This document shows, in pieces, positions 1 through 13,545 of a DNA stretch of 60,277 nt; positions within the stretch are counted from its first letter, which is position 1, and every line of letters begins with the position of its first letter. The DNA is from Chiloscyllium plagiosum. Lineage: Eukaryota. A program made the position numbers and the translations under genes. The DNA lies in assembly GCF_004010195.1 (NCBI RefSeq), contig NC_057719.1, positions 2,822,068 to 2,882,344 of the forward strand, given 5' to 3'. Below the pieces are notes generated by a model. It searched no databases, was not told where the DNA came from, and saw nothing but the letters and a program-made list of their open reading frames with translations.

Positions 1-346
1 TCACTGGTATCCATACACACAGACAAAGAGGGACAACAGTTCGACTGGGACAACACATCCATCCATTCTTGGCCAGGCTAAACAGAGACACACACGGGAA
101 TTCCTGGAGGCCTGGCATTCAAGCCAGAACTCCATCAATAAGCACATCAATTTGGACCCCATTTATCAACCTCTCAAAAAAAACTGGAAATGATATCACC
201 CACCACAACAGACCAAGACACAGAAATAGAAAGTGGGACAGAACACCAGCGTTTCACCGGAGGCTCACTGATGATGTTACCCAGCATGGTGACGAAACAT
301 CTGAGAACAAACCTACCAGTTCAGCAAGCTAACTTACAACCTGAGT
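1..346 (+). mobile_element. Penelope-like element 3' end (GIY-YIG endonuclease C-terminus plus pseudo-LTR)
   Basis: Frame 1 reads SLVSIHTDKEGQQFDWDNTS, then after frameshifts LGQAKQRHTREFLEAWHS..NSINKHINLDPIYQPL, a typical PLE endonuclease C-terminus. An HHR motif follows. Related copy at 44468-44700 (-). Confidence 0.85.
264..305 (+). ncRNA. Minimal type-I hammerhead ribozyme motif
   Basis: Stem I CTCA/TGAG, core CTGATGA (268-274), stem II GTTACC/GGTGAC, GAAA, then CATC (probably a CpG-decayed CGTC). Confidence 0.8.
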
Positions 347-610
347 CTTATTGGACTTGAGACTCTCTTTAAATTAAGGGGTGGTAGGTATAGGACAGAT
401 GTTAGGGGTAGCTTCTTTACTCAGCGAGTCATGAGTTCATGGAATACCCTGCCAGTAGCAGTGGTGGACTCTCCCTCTTTATGGGCATTTAAAAGGGCAT
501 TGGATAGGCATATGGAGGATAGTGGGCTAGTGTAGATTAGGTGGGCTTGGATCGGCGCAACATCGAGGGCCAAAGGGCCTGTACTGCGCTGTATTTTTTC
601 TATGGTTTCT
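347..610 (+). mobile_element. CR1 LINE 3' end fragment
   Basis: ORF2 C-terminal FFTQRVMSSWN-like motif and a CR1 3'UTR ending ...GGGCCTGTACTGCGCTGTATTTTTTCTATGGTTTCTA. Confidence 0.85.
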
Positions 611-3600
611 AGACCTGTGGCATGTGCCTTTTTCTTGATGTGGGAGCTCAGGAACATGGCTGATGTCCGAGAAGTGTGTCCAGCTGCAGCTCTTATTTGA
701 TTGCATGACGGCTCTGCAGCTGCAGATGAACTCACTGTGGAGCACTCGCGATGCTGAGGAGGTCGTGGATAGCACACTTACTGAACTGGTCACACTGCAG
801 GTTAGAATTGCTAAGGGAGACAGGGAACGGGTGACCAAAAGGCAGAAAAAGAATAGGAAGGCAGTACAGGTGTCCCTGCAGTCATCTCCCTCCAAAACAG
901 ATATACCATTTTGGATACTGTTGGGGGAAATGGCTCACTAGGGAAAGGTAGCAATTGCCAAGATCATGGCACCATGGCGGGCACTGCTGTTTAGAAGGGC
1001 AGGAAAAAGACTTGTAGGGCCATAATCATAGGGGTTTCTATTGTAAGGGAAGTAGATAGGCGGTTCTGTGGCCGGAAACAGGACTCCCAGATGATAGGTT
1101 GCCTTCCAGGTGCTCAGGTCAGGGATGTCACCGATCGGCTGCACAGCATTCTAAAGGGGAGGGTGATCAGCCAGTTGTCTTGGTGCATACAGGTACCAAC
1201 AATATAAGTAAAAAACGAGTTGAGGTCCTGAAAGCAGAATTCAGGGAGCTAGGAGAGAAGTTAAAAAGGAGGATCTCAAAGGTAGTGATCTCGGGATTAC
1301 TACCAGTGCCAAATGCTAGACAGCGTAGAAATGAAAAAAATAGGCAGGATGAACATGTGGCTTGAGGGATGGTGGAGATTCAGATTTGTTGGACATTGGG
1401 ACCGGTTCTGGGGAATATGGAACTTTACAAGATGGATGGTCTACATCTGAACCAGACTGGAACAAATGTCCTTGGGGGAGTTTTTGCTACTGCTGTCGGG
1501 GAGGTTTCAAACTAATGTGGCAGGGGACTGGGAACAAGTAGGCAGCTAGGTGGAAACTGGAGACTCTAAGAATCATGAAAATAGTATTAATAAGGGGAAG
1601 AGTAGGCAGAGAGCAGATGAATGCAAAAGAACTGGTGGCCTGAAGTGTATCTACTTTAATGCAAGGAGTACAGTGAGTAAGGCAGATGAACTTTGGGCTT
1701 GGATTGGTGCCTGGGAGAATGATGTTATGGCAATCACAGAGACTTGGTTGAAGGAAGGGCATGATTGGTAACTAAATGTCCCAGGATATAGACGCTTCAG
1801 ATAAGACAGGGAGGGAAGTAAAAGAGGGGCTGGAGTTGCATTGCTGGTCAGGGATGATATCACAGCTGCGCTAAAGGAGGACACTATGGAGGGCTTGAGC
1901 AGTAAGGCATTATGGGGAGAGCTGAGAAAAAAGGTTGCAGTTACATTGTTGGGGCTGTATTACAGGCCTCCCAAAAGTGAGCGTGAGGTAGAAGAACACA
2001 TAGGTAAACAGATTATGGAAAGATGTACAGGCAACAGGGTAGTGGTGATGGGAGATTTTAATTTTCCCAACATTGTCTGGGATACACTCAGAGTCAGAGG
2101 TCTAGACAGAATAGAATTTATAAGAAGCATCCAGGAGAGTATTTTAGATCAGTATGTCAATAACCCGACAAGGGAGGGGGCCATATTGGAGTTGGTGTTG
2201 GGGAATAAGCCAGGCCAGGTGGTAGACGTTGCAGTGGGGGATTTCTTTGGGAACAGTGACCACGATTCTGTAGGTTTTAGAATGCTCGTAGACAAAGATG
2301 CGAGTGGTCCTAAGGGAAGAGTACTTGGACCAAGGCCAATTATATCAATATTAGGTAGGAGCTCAGAAATGTGGATTGGACACAGCTATTTGAAGGGAAG
2401 TCCACATTTGAGATGTGGGAGGCTTTCAAAGATAGGTTAAAGACAGTGCAGGATAGGCATGTCCAGTTGAAGGCAAAGGATAGGAAAGGCAAGATTCGTG
2501 AACTGTGGATGACAGGAAAAATTGTACGACTAGCCAAGAGGAAAAGGGAAGCTAAGAACAGAATGGGTCCTGGAGGAATATCGGAAGACTGGGACCAGTC
2601 TTAAACGAGGAATCAAGCGGGCTAAAAGGGGTCATGAAATAGCTTTAGTGAGCAGAATTAAGGAGAATCCCAAAGCCTTTTATTCTTATATAAGAAGCAA
2701 GCGGGTAACTAGAGAAAGGATTGGTCCACTAAAGGATAATGAAGGAAGGCTGTGTGTTGAACCTGAGAGAATAGGTGAGATTTTGAATTATTACTTTGTA
2801 TCAGTTTTCACTGAGGAGAGGGACATGATGAATTTTGAGATTAGAGATAGAAGTTTGATTAATCTGGATCACGTTGGCATAAGTAGGGAAGATGTGTTGG
2901 GTAGGCTACAGGTTATTAAGATGGACGAATCCCCAGGACTGGATGGGATCTAGCCCAGGTTGATCCAGATCTATCCCTATTCCTGATTAAGGGCTTTTGC
3001 CCGAAACGTGATTTTCCTGTTCCTCGGATGCTGCCTGACCTGCTGCGCTTTTCCAGCACCACTCTAATCTAAACTCTATCCCAGATTGGTGAGGGATTCG
3101 AGAGAGGAAATAGCTGTGGCACTGACAGATATCTTTGTGGCATCCTTAAATACAGGCAAGGTGCCGGAGGACTGGAAGGTTGCTCATGTTGTCCCCCTGT
3201 ACAACAAAGATAGTAGGGATATTCTGGGTAACTATAGACCAGTGAGCCTGACGTCAGTGGTGGGAAAGTTGCCGGAGAAGGTACTGAGGGATAGGACCTA
3301 TTTATATTTAGAAAAGAATGGGCTTATCAGTAATAGGCAATATGGTTTTATGCAGGGGAGATCGTGCCTTACCAACTTAATAGTGTTGAGTAAGTGACCA
3401 AGTTGATAGATGCTGGAAGGGCTGTTGATGTCATATACATGAACCTTAGTAAGGCGTTTGATAAGGTTCCCCATGGTAAACTAATAGAGAAAGTGAAGTC
3501 ACATGGTGTGCAGCGTGTTCTACCTAGGTGGATAAAGAACTGGTTGAGCAACAGGAGAGAGAGTGTAGTAGTTGAAGGGAGTTTCTTGAAATGGAGAAAG

Positions 3601-4570
3601 GTGACCAGTGGTGTTCCACAGGGATCAGTGCTGGGGCCACTGTTGTTTGTGATATACATAAATGATCTGGAAGAGGGCACTGTTGGTATAATCAGCAAGT
3701 TTGCAGATGACACGAAGACTGGTGGCATTGCAGAAAGCATAAGGGACTGTCAAAGAATACAGGAGAATATAGATAGACTGGAGAGTTGGGCAGAGAAGTG
3801 GCAGATGGAGTTCAATACAGGCAAATGTGAGGTAATGCATTTTGGCAAGTCTAATTCTGGAGCGAATTGTACAGTGAACGGAACAGCCTTGGGACGGCAG
3901 AAAGATCTGGGAGTGCAGGTCCGATGTACCCTGAAGGTGGCTGCACAGGTGGATAGAGTGGTCAAGAAGGTATGCTTGCCTTCATTGGATAGGGTATTCA
4001 GTATAAGAGCTGGCAGGGCATGTTAAAATTGCACACGACGTTGGTTCGGCCGCATTTAGAATACTGTGTACAGTTCTGGTCGCCACATTACCAAAAGGAT
4101 GTAGACGCTTTGGAGAGGGTGTAGAGAAGATTTATGAGGATTTTTCCTGGTATGGAAGGTGCTAGCTATGAAGAGAGGTTGAGCAGGTTAGGTTTATTTT
4201 CATTAGAAAAAAGGAGATTGAGGGGGGACCTGATTGAAGTTTATAAAATCATGAAGGGTATAGACAGGCTGAAAGATTCGATAACGAGAGGTCACGCTTT
4301 CAAGATGAGAGGTAAAAAGTTTAAGGGGGATACACACGGCAAGTACTTTACACAGAGGGTGGTGGGTGTCTGGAATGCATTACCAGCAGAGGTGGTAGAG
4401 GCAGGCATGGTAAATTCATTTAAGATGCATCTGGACAGATGCATGAGTAAATGGGGAGCAGAGGGATACAGGTGCTTAGGAATTGGGCAACAGGTTTAGA
4501 CAGTAGATTTGGATCAGCTCAGGCTTAGAGGGCCAAAGGGCCAGTTCCTGGGCTGTAAATTTTCCTTGTT
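611..4570 (+). mobile_element. Near full-length decayed CR1 LINE (ORF1 Zn-finger plus SGNH esterase; ORF2 APE endonuclease plus RT)
   Basis: ORFs contain [61 protein letters not shown] and KFADDTK. Multiple stops and frameshifts; CR1 tail near 4540-4570. Confidence 0.95.
2963..3074 (+). mobile_element. Short PLE pseudo-LTR insertion with a degenerate HHR, inside CR1
   Basis: CCTGATTAAGGGCTTTTGCCCGAAACGTG followed by GATGCTGCCTGACCTGCTG, same family as 24069. Flanked by a degenerate 14-bp duplication TCTAGCCCAGGTTG (2949-2962) / TCTATCCCAGATTG (3075-3088). Confidence 0.8.
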
Positions 4571-4574
4571 TTGT

Positions 4575-5500
4575 CTTTTGGGGTGTTCAAGTGTCATGTG
4601 ATACACGGCCTGCAGCAAATGGAAAGTCTTAGGTGCTCCGAGCAGACTGGATGGTCACATCTGCGAGAAGTGGCATCACCTTGATCAGCTTGAACACCAG
4701 TTTCCAGAGCTTGCACATCAGCTAAAGCTATAGAAGTGAATCCACGATGCTGACAGATACATGGATAACACATTATTAGACATAGTCACTCTTTTATATA
4801 AAGAGTGTAGTCGGAGAAAAATTGATGACCACCAACCTGAAAAAGAGAGGCAGGTAGTCAAAGCCCAGAATGCATTTCACTTAAGAAGGACCAAAGATCA
4901 GAAGGACCTTGATCTGTGTGTACCAAAGTCCCTTAAGATATCAGGGTAGATGATTAAATTGGTCAAAAAATCACATGGAATTGTTGGTTAGGCTACAATA
5001 GAGTATTCTGTGCAGTTCTAGAATCCAAATTATTAGGATGAATGTGACTGCTCTGGAGAGTGCGGAGGAGATTTACCAGGATGGTGCCTCAGCTGGTGAG
5101 TTTCAGTTGTGAAGAGAAATTGGATCGACTGGGGTTGGTTTCCATAGAGCAGAGGAGAGTTGGGGGGGAGGCATGACTGTGATGTAAAAATTCTGATGGA
5201 CACACACAGTAAAATACAACAGCAGCAGCCAGGCCTGTGGCATTACAATTGGCTCTGCTGTAAACCAGGTTCAGGCAAAGTCCAAGTGAATGTTAGTAGT
5301 AGAGAATGGCGGGTCAGGGGCACAGACAGGCATTTCTATGGCTGCAATCAAAACTCCAGATGGTGAGATGACTCCTTGGTGCCATGGTGCAGGATGTCTC
5401 TGAGCAACTGCATGAAATCTTAAAGGGAGAGGGTGAGCAGCCAGAAGTCACTGTACACATGAAGGGTATTGACACATATCGGCATCGTGGATGCACTTCT
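4575..5500 (+). mobile_element. Patchwork of old CR1 fragments (ORF1 Zn-finger, RT C-terminus, esterase)
   Basis: Nucleotide similarity to the CR1 copies elsewhere in the window (CACATCTGCGAGAAGTG, GAGTATTCTGTGCAGTTCT, GGGAGAGGGTGAGCAGCCAG). Confidence 0.65.
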
Positions 5501-5547
5501 ATAGCTTTAGCTGATATCATTGGTCCTGAAAAGTGATTATAGGAAGT

Positions 5548-7757
5548 TAGGCAGCAGCAACCGAAGCTGTGAGAGCGAGGACCATGGGGCTGCCGAAAGG
5601 TAAATTCCCCATTTAAATACTTACCTCGTGGAATCAACAGTCTCCATTTTGCACCAGGAGCAGTGAGGAGGAGGACCAGTGGTCTCCCGGGAATGTAAGT
5701 TTCCCACTTTATACTTACCTTGTGGAATCAGCAGTCTCCATTTTGCAGCACCAGCGGGAGCAGTGACATAGAAAACAAGGGGGCTGCCGGGATGGTAAGT
5801 TTTCCATTTAAATACTTACCTCGTATCATCGACGGTCTCCATTTTGCAGCAGCAGCGGGAATGGTGACATCAAGGACCGGGAGCTGCCGGAAAGGTACGT
5901 TTCCCATTTAAATAGTTACCTCGTTGAAGCAGCTGCCTCCATTTTAAAGCAGCAGTGGGATTGGTGAGAGCGAGGACCGGGGGCTACTGGGAAGATAAAT
6001 GTGTCATTTAAATACTTAGCTCATGGAATCAACTGCCTCCATTTTGCAGAGGGAGTGGGAGCAGTGAGGATGAGGAGCTGAGAGGGACCGGTCGAATTGC
6101 ATTCTGGGAAGGTGAGTGAACGGATATATTTGGGCAGTGGATAAACCTGAGACACTACATGTTCATGTCTCCCAACTGCCCTCCTCCTCTAACCAAAAAT
6201 AGAAGAGGCTGTGGTGTGTTGATAAGGTAAAGTTTTTTTTTGTTGCGTGCTGGTAAGTAGTGTGATTGGTAAAAAATTTTAAATTTCATTTATCTATTAT
6301 TTGATATTACAGTTGGACTAAGTTAAGCTTAAGAGCAAAAATCGCAGGAGATCTCAGACCTGTTATGGACCTCTTGCTCAATATGGGAGCTCAGGGACAT
6401 GGCAGATATCCCTGGCTCCTTCATGTGCAGGAAATGTGTCCAGCTGCAGCTCTTGTTAGACCATATGATGACTCTGGAGCTATAGATGGACTCACTTTGG
6501 AGTATCCGCAATGCTGAGGAAGTAGTGGATAGCATGTTTAGCGAATTGGTCACACCACAGATTAGAATTGCTGAAGGAAAAAGGGAATGGGTGACCAAAA
6601 CGTAGAGAAAGAGTAGGAAAGCAGAGCAGGTGTTCCCTGCGGTCATCTCCATCCAAATCAGGTATACTGTTTTCGATATTGTTGGGGGAGATAGCTCATC
6701 AGGGGAAAGCAGCAGTAGCCAGGTTCATAGCACCAGGGCTGGCACTGCTTTAAAGAAGGATGAGAAAAAGAATGGAAGGGCTATAATGAGATTCAATTGT
6801 AAGGGAAATAGGCAGTTCTGTGGTTGAAAATGAGATTCTCTAACAGTATGTTGCCTCCCAGGTACACGGGTCAGGAATGTCTCAGATCAGCTGTAGGGCA
6901 TTCTGAAATAGGACGGGGAAGAGCCATCAGCCATGGCGCATGTAGGCACCAATGATATAGGTAATAAACGGGATGTGGTCCCACAAGGTGATTTTAGGGA
7001 GTTAGGAGCCAAGTTAAAAAGTAGGACCTCCGAGATAGTAATCTCAGGATAGCTACCAGGGCCACATGCTAGTCAGAGTAGAAATGAAAGAATAGGCAGG
7101 ATAAATGAATGGCTTGAGATGGTGCAGGAGGGAGGGGCTCAAGATTTTTGGGATATTGGGACCAGTTCTGGGGGAGGTGGGAATATTACAAATTGGACAG
7201 TCTACACCTGGGCAGGATTGGAACCAATATCCATGGGTGTGCTTTTGCTAATACTGTTGAGGAGGACTTAAACTGATAGAGCAGGGAGATGTGAACCAAA
7301 TGAGGTCAGTGGACAGTGAAGAGGTAGTAACTAAAGCCTGTAAGGAACCAGATAATGAAGTCAGCGTGACTAAGGGGAAGAATGGGCAGGGAGCCAATGA
7401 TGGCTGCGAAGGGGCAGGTGGTCTGAAGTGCATTTGTTTTATTGAGATAAGTGTAGTAGGTAAGTGTAGTGAACCTAGGGCTTCAATTAGTACCTTGAAC
7501 TATGATGTTACTGCTCTTCCTGTGAGTTCATTGAGGGAAGGGCAAGATTGACAACTCTATATCCCAGGAAATAGATGCTTCAGATGGGATAGAGGGAGGT
7601 AAAAGGGATGGAGGGTTGCATAACTGGTCAGAGAGGATGTCAAGGCCGTGAAGGACAGTACTATGGAGGACTCTAGCAATGAGGCAATATAGGCAGAGCT
7701 CAGAAATAGGAGGGGTGCAGTTGCATTGTTGGAGGTGTACTACATGCTTCCTAACAG
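5548..7757 (+). mobile_element. CR1 LINE 5' portion (monomer-containing 5'UTR, ORF1, start of APE endonuclease), 3'-truncated
   Basis: ORF1 C-x2-C region at about 6370-6450, esterase GTND motif near 6945, LKCICF at about 7423. Confidence 0.9.
5560..6080 (+). repeat. About five tandem ~100-bp monomers in the CR1 5'UTR
   Basis: Recurrent GGTAAGT..CCATTTAAATACTTACCTCG..CTCCATTTTGCAG at about 5599, 5693, 5794, 5894 and 5994. Confidence 0.9.
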
Positions 7758-7759
7758 AT

Positions 7760-10700
7760 TTCTGTTCAGCAACAGCAGCAGTACGAAGGGCAGGAGCGGT
7801 GGGTCACTGATTTGAGTCTTTACATCTGACATCGGAGAGCAGTGAATTCTGGGAAAGGGACATTTTATTTCCCTCCAGCGACATTAGTGAGTGTTTTCTA
7901 AACTTGAGACCCTACCTTTGTATGGCCTCCCACCTAACCACCTCCTTGAACCTTAACACCAAGGACACATCAGGTAAGCTTCCCTTTTTTTACATTGTGA
8001 TAAGGGAACTAGCAGTAATGGCAGTGCAGGAAGAGGAATGTTCTTCCACGTGATGTCTGGGATGATGGACATGATTAGTGTCCCATCTAAGTACATCTGC
8101 AGGAAGTGCACCTAACTCTCGTTCCTCCAAGACCGAGTTAGGGAACTGGAACAGGAGCTGGATGAAGTCCGGATCATTCAGGAGGCAGAGGCCGTGATAG
8201 ATAAGTGTTACAGGGAAGCAGTTACTCCTGGGCACGAAGAAAGCTGGGTAACTGTTCGAAGCGGGGAAAAGCAGTCAGTGCAGGGATCCCCTGTGGTCGT
8301 TCTCCTGAAAAACAAGTATATCGTTTTGGATACTGTCAGGGGGAAGACTTACCAGGGGCATGCAGTGGGGTGCAAGTCCCTGTTCCTGTTGCACAGAAGG
8401 GAAAGGAGAATGTTAGTCACTGGGGACTCAATAGTTAGATGGTCAGATAGAAGGTTTGTTGGGAACAAATAAGATTCACAGTTGGTGTGTTGCCTCCCAG
8501 GTGCCAGGATCCATGATGGCAGAAGAGTTGAATTGATACTTTAGATCTGTCTTCACTGGGGAAGACATGAGAAATCTCCCAGATGTACTAGTGGCTGAAG
8601 GACCTGAACTGAAGGGAATTTATATTAGGCAGGAAATGATGTTGGAGAGACTGTTAGGTCTGAAGGCTGGTAAGTCCCCGGGACCTCATGATCTGCATCC
8701 CAGGGTACTGAAGGAGGTGGCTCTAGAAATCGTGTATGCATTGGTGATCATTTTCAAACGTTCCATAGATTCAGGATCAGATCCTGCGGATTGGAGGGTG
8801 GCTAATGTCCCACTTTTTAAGAAAGGAGGGAGAGAGAAAATAGAATTATAGACCAGTTAGTCTGATCTTAGTGGTGGGAAAAATGCTGGAGTCAATTATA
8901 AAGGACGAAATTACGACACATCTGGATAGCAGTAACAGGATAGGACAGAGTCAGCATGGATTTATGAAGGGGAAATCATGCTTGACTAATCTTCTGGAAT
9001 TTTTTGAGAATGTAACTCTGAAGATGGACAAGGGAGATCCAGTGGATGTAGTATACCTGGACTTTCAGAAAGCTTTTGATAAAGTCCCACATAGGAGGTT
9101 CGTGAGCAAAATTAGGGCACATGGTATTAAGGGCAAAATACTGACTTGGATTGAAAATTGGTTGGCTGACAGGAAACAGAGTAGTGATAAACGAGTCCCT
9201 TTTGGAATGGCAGACGGTGACCAGTGGTGTGCTGCAGGGATCAGTGCTGGGACCGCAGCTTTTTACAATGTACATTAATGATATAGATGACGGTATTAAA
9301 AATAATATTAGCAAATTTGCTGATGATACAAAGCTGGGTGGCAGGGTGAAATGAGGAGGATGTTAGGAGAATACAGGGTGACCTGGCCAGGCTAGGCGAG
9401 TGGACGGATGCATGGCAGATGCAGTTTAATATGGATAAATGTGTGGTTATCCACTTTGGTGGCAAGAACAGGAAGGCAGATTACTACCTAAATGGAGTCA
9501 AGTGAGGTAAAGAGACAGTACAACGAGATCTAGGTGTTCTTGTACATCAGTCAATGAAAGCAAGCATGCAGGTACAGCAGACAGTGAAGAAAGCTAATGG
9601 CATGCTGGCCTTCATAACAAGAAGAATCGAGTATAGAAGCAAAGAGGTCCTTCTGCAGCTGTACAGGGCCCTGGTGAGACCGCACCTGGAATATTGTGTA
9701 CAGTTTTGGCCTCCAAATTTGAGGAAAGACATTCTGGCTATTGAGGGAGTGCAGCGTAGATTCACAAGGTCAATTCCCGGAATGTCGGGACTATCTTATG
9801 CTGAAAGATTGGCACAACTGGGCTTGTATACCCTTGAGTTTAGAAGGCTGAGAGGGGACCTGATTGAGACATATAAGATTATTAAAGGATTGGACACTCT
9901 GGAGGCAGGAAGCATGTTTCTGCTGATGGGAGTCCCGAACCAGAGGACACAGTTTAAAAATAAGGGGTAGGCCACTAGGAACAGAATTGAGGAGAAACTT
10001 CTTCACCCAGAGAGTGGTGGGTGTATGGAGTGCTCTGCCCCAGAAGGCTGTGGAGGCCAAGTCTCTGGATACTTTCAAGAAAGAGTTGGATAGAGCTCTT
10101 AAGGATAATTGAATCAAGGGTTATGGGGATAAGGCAGGAACAGGATACTGATTGAGGATGATCAGCCATGATCATATTGAATGGTGGTGCAGGCTCGAAG
10201 GGCAGATTGGCCTACTCCTGCACCTATTGTCTATGTCTCAGATCATGTCTTTGGGGTCCTGAAGGGAGAGGGTGACCAGCCTCAAGTCGTGGTCCACGTA
10301 GGTACCAATGACATAAGTAGAAAGAGGAATAGGGATGTAAGGAAGGATTTCAGGGAGCTAGGGTGGAAGCTGAGAGCTAGAACAAAGAGTTGTTATCACT
10401 GGTTGTTACCTGTGCCACATGATAGCGAGGCAAGGAATAGGGAGAGATATCAACTGAACACATGACTGCAAGGATGGCGCAGGAGGGAGGATTTCAGGTA
10501 CATGGATATTTGGGGTCCATTTTTGGGGAGGTGGGACCTCTACAAACAGGACAGTCTTCACTTGAACCAGAGGGGTACTAATATCCTGGGTGGGAAATTT
10601 GCTGGTGCTATCTGGGTGGGTTTAAACTAGCTCAGCAGGGGGATAGATGTAAATCCAGTGCACAGGAGGATGAGAGAAGGGAGGGCTTGGACAGGATTTC

Positions 10701-13545
10701 ACGGTCACAGGAATGTGCTGGCAGACAGTAAGGTGGTTTGAAGTGTGATTACTTCAACCCCAGGATATATCCGGAATAAGGTAGGTGAGCTTACATCATG
10801 GATAGGACTTCTGTGTTGTGGCCATTTCGGAGATGTGGATAGAGCAGGGTCAGGAATGGATGTTGCAAGTTCTAGGGTTTAGATCTTTCATTAAGAACAG
10901 GGAAGGCAGTAAAAGAGGGGGAGGTGTGGCCTTGTTTGTCAAGGACAATATAACGGTGGCTGAAAGAACTTCTGATGAGGACTCGTCTACTGAGGTAGTA
11001 TGGGCTGAGGTTAGAAACAGGACAGGAGAGGTGACACTGCTGGGAGTTTTTTGTATGCCTCCGCAGAGTTCCAGGGATGTGGAGAAGAGGATAAGCAAAA
11101 TAATTCTGGGTAAGAGCGAAAGGAACAGAGGTGGTCAATATGGGGACTTTAACTTCCCCTACATTGACTGGAAATGCTATAACTCTAGTACATTGGATGG
11201 ATCGGTTTTTGTCCGATGTGTGCAGGAGGGTTTCCTGACACAGCACGTCGAAGGGCTGACAAGAAGGGAAGCCACACTGGACCTGGTGCTTGGTAATGAA
11301 CCAGGCCAGGTGTTTGATTTAGTGGTAGGTGAGCACTTTGGAGAAAGTGACCATAATTCGGTTACGATTAGTTTGGTGATGGAAAGGATAGGTACATGCC
11401 ATAGGGCAAGAGTTGTCGATAGGGGAAGGGCAATTATAATGCGATTAGGCAAGACTTAGGATGCATAGAAGGGTAGCAAAATGCAGGGGATGGGGACAAT
11501 CAAAATGTGGAGCTGGTTTAAAGAACACATATTGCGTATCCTTGATAGGTATGTCCCAGTCAGGCAGGGAGGAAGTGCTAAGGTAAAGGAGCCGTGGTTT
11601 ACTATAGAAATTGCATCTATTGTTTAGCGTTAGAAGGTGGATTGTGACGATGAGACAAGATGGTTCAGATGAGGCAATGGAGAGTTACAGATTAGCTAGG
11701 AAGGATTTAAAGAGAGAGAGAGTTAAGAAGAGCAATGAGGACATGAAGCAGTCTTTAGCAGCTAGAATAAAAGAGAACCCTAAAGCTTTCTATCGGTATG
11801 TGCGGAATAAAAGGATGACTAGGGTAGGAATAGGGCCAATCAAAGACAGAAGTGGGAAGTTGTGTGTGGACCCTGTGGAGACCGGAGAGGTGCTAAATGA
11901 ATATTTGTCAGTTTTCACTCAGGAACAGGAGAATATTATACAGGAGAAGAATGAGATTTGAGATATTAGACTAGAAATAATCCAGGTTAGTTACAAAGTG
12001 GAATTATCAATTCTAGGAGTGAAAGTAGACAAGTCCCCTAAGCGGATGAGATTTATCCAAGGATTCTCTGGGAAGCTAGGGAGGAAATAGCAGAGCCTTT
12101 GGCTTTGTTATTTGAGTCATCATTGTCCACAGGTTTAGTACCAGAGAACTGGAGGATAGCAAATGTTGTGCCCTTGTTCAAGAAGGGCAGTGGAGATGAC
12201 CCAGGTAATTATAGACCAGTGAGCCTTACATCTGTTGTAGGAAAGGTTTTGGAAAGGATTATAAGAGATAGGATTTATACTCATCCAGCAAGCAACAATT
12301 TGATTTCAGATAGTCAACGTGGTTTTGTCAAGGGTAGGTTGTGTCTCTCAAACCTCATTGAGTTTTTTGAGGTGGTGACCAAGCATATAGATGAGGGTAG
12401 GGCAGTTGACGTGATATACATGGACTTCAGTAAAGCCTTTGATAAGGTTCCACATGGTAGGCTGTTGGAGAAAATGCAAAGGCATGGGATTGGTGATTTA
12501 GCAGTTTGGATTAGAAACTGGCTTTCTTAAGAAGGGAGCGAGTGGTGGTTGATAGGAGATATTCCGCCTAGAATCTGGTCACCAGTTGTGTGCCACAAGG
12601 ATCTGTTTTGGGACCACTGCTGTTTGTCATATGAATGACTTGGACGCAGGCCTAGGTGGATGGGTTAGTAAGTTTGCAGATGACATTAAAGTCGGTAGAG
12701 TGGTGGACAGTGTGGAAGAATGTTGCAGGTTGTGGGGGGACTTGGATAAACTGCAGAATTGGGCTGAGAGGTGGCAAATGGAGTTCAATGCTAAATGTGA
12801 CGTGATTCACTTCAGGAAGAATAACAGGAAGGCAGAATACTGGGACAATGGAAAGATTCTTGGTAGTGTGGATGTGCAGAGGGACCTTGGAGTCCATGTA
12901 CATAGATCCCTGAAAGTTGTCACCCAGGTTGACAGTGGTGTTATGAAGGCATATGGTGTTAGGTTTTATTGATAGAGGGATTGAGTTCCGGAGCCATAAT
13001 ATCATGCTGCAACTATACAAAATGCTAGTGCTGCCGCTCTTGGAATATTGTGTACAGTTGCCCCATTACAGTAAAGATGTGGAAGCATTGGAAAAGGTGC
13101 AGAGGAGATTTACCAGGATATCGCCTGGTCTGGAGGGAAGGTCTTCTTAGGAAAGACTGAGAGACTTGGGTCTATTCTCACTGGAAAGAAGACTACAAGG
13201 GGATTTGATAGAAACATATAAGATGACCAGAGGATTAGACAGGGTAGACAGTGAAAGTCTTTTTCCAAGGATGATGACGTCAGATTGGACGAGGGGGCAT
13301 AGCTACAAATTGAGGGGTGATAGATTTAAGACAGATGTCAGAGGCAGATTCCTTACTCAGAGTGATAAGGACGTGGAACGCCCTGCCTGCCAGTGTAGTT
13401 AACTCAGCAACATTAGTGAGATTTAAACAATCCTTGGTTAAGCACATGGATGATGATGGGGTAGCGTAGGGGGAATGGGCTTAGATTAGTTCACAGATTG
13501 GCATAACATCGAGGGTGAAGGGCCTGTTTTGCGCTGTTGTTCAAT
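7760..13545 (+). mobile_element. Full-length decayed CR1 LINE (second subfamily), interrupted at ~8517-10235 by another CR1
   Basis: ORF1 (VTGDSIVR) breaks at GGATCCATGATG and resumes at TCTCAGATCATGTC (VHVGTND). APE at 10818-11459, RT at 12099-13400, 3' tail near 13540. Confidence 0.92.
8517..10235 (+). mobile_element. 5'-truncated CR1 LINE (RT plus 3'UTR) nested in CR1 ORF1
   Basis: KSPGPHDLHPRVLKE, YLDFQKAFDKV, KFADDTK, VRPHLEYCVQFW; tail CCTACTCCTGCACCTATTGTCTATG. Confidence 0.93.

Noticed and set aside
5560..6080. CRISPR-like array or U1 snRNA gene cluster
   Set aside because: Whole units are homologous (no unique spacers), there are no cas genes, and the context is eukaryotic. Only about 10 nt match U1, not the snRNA body.
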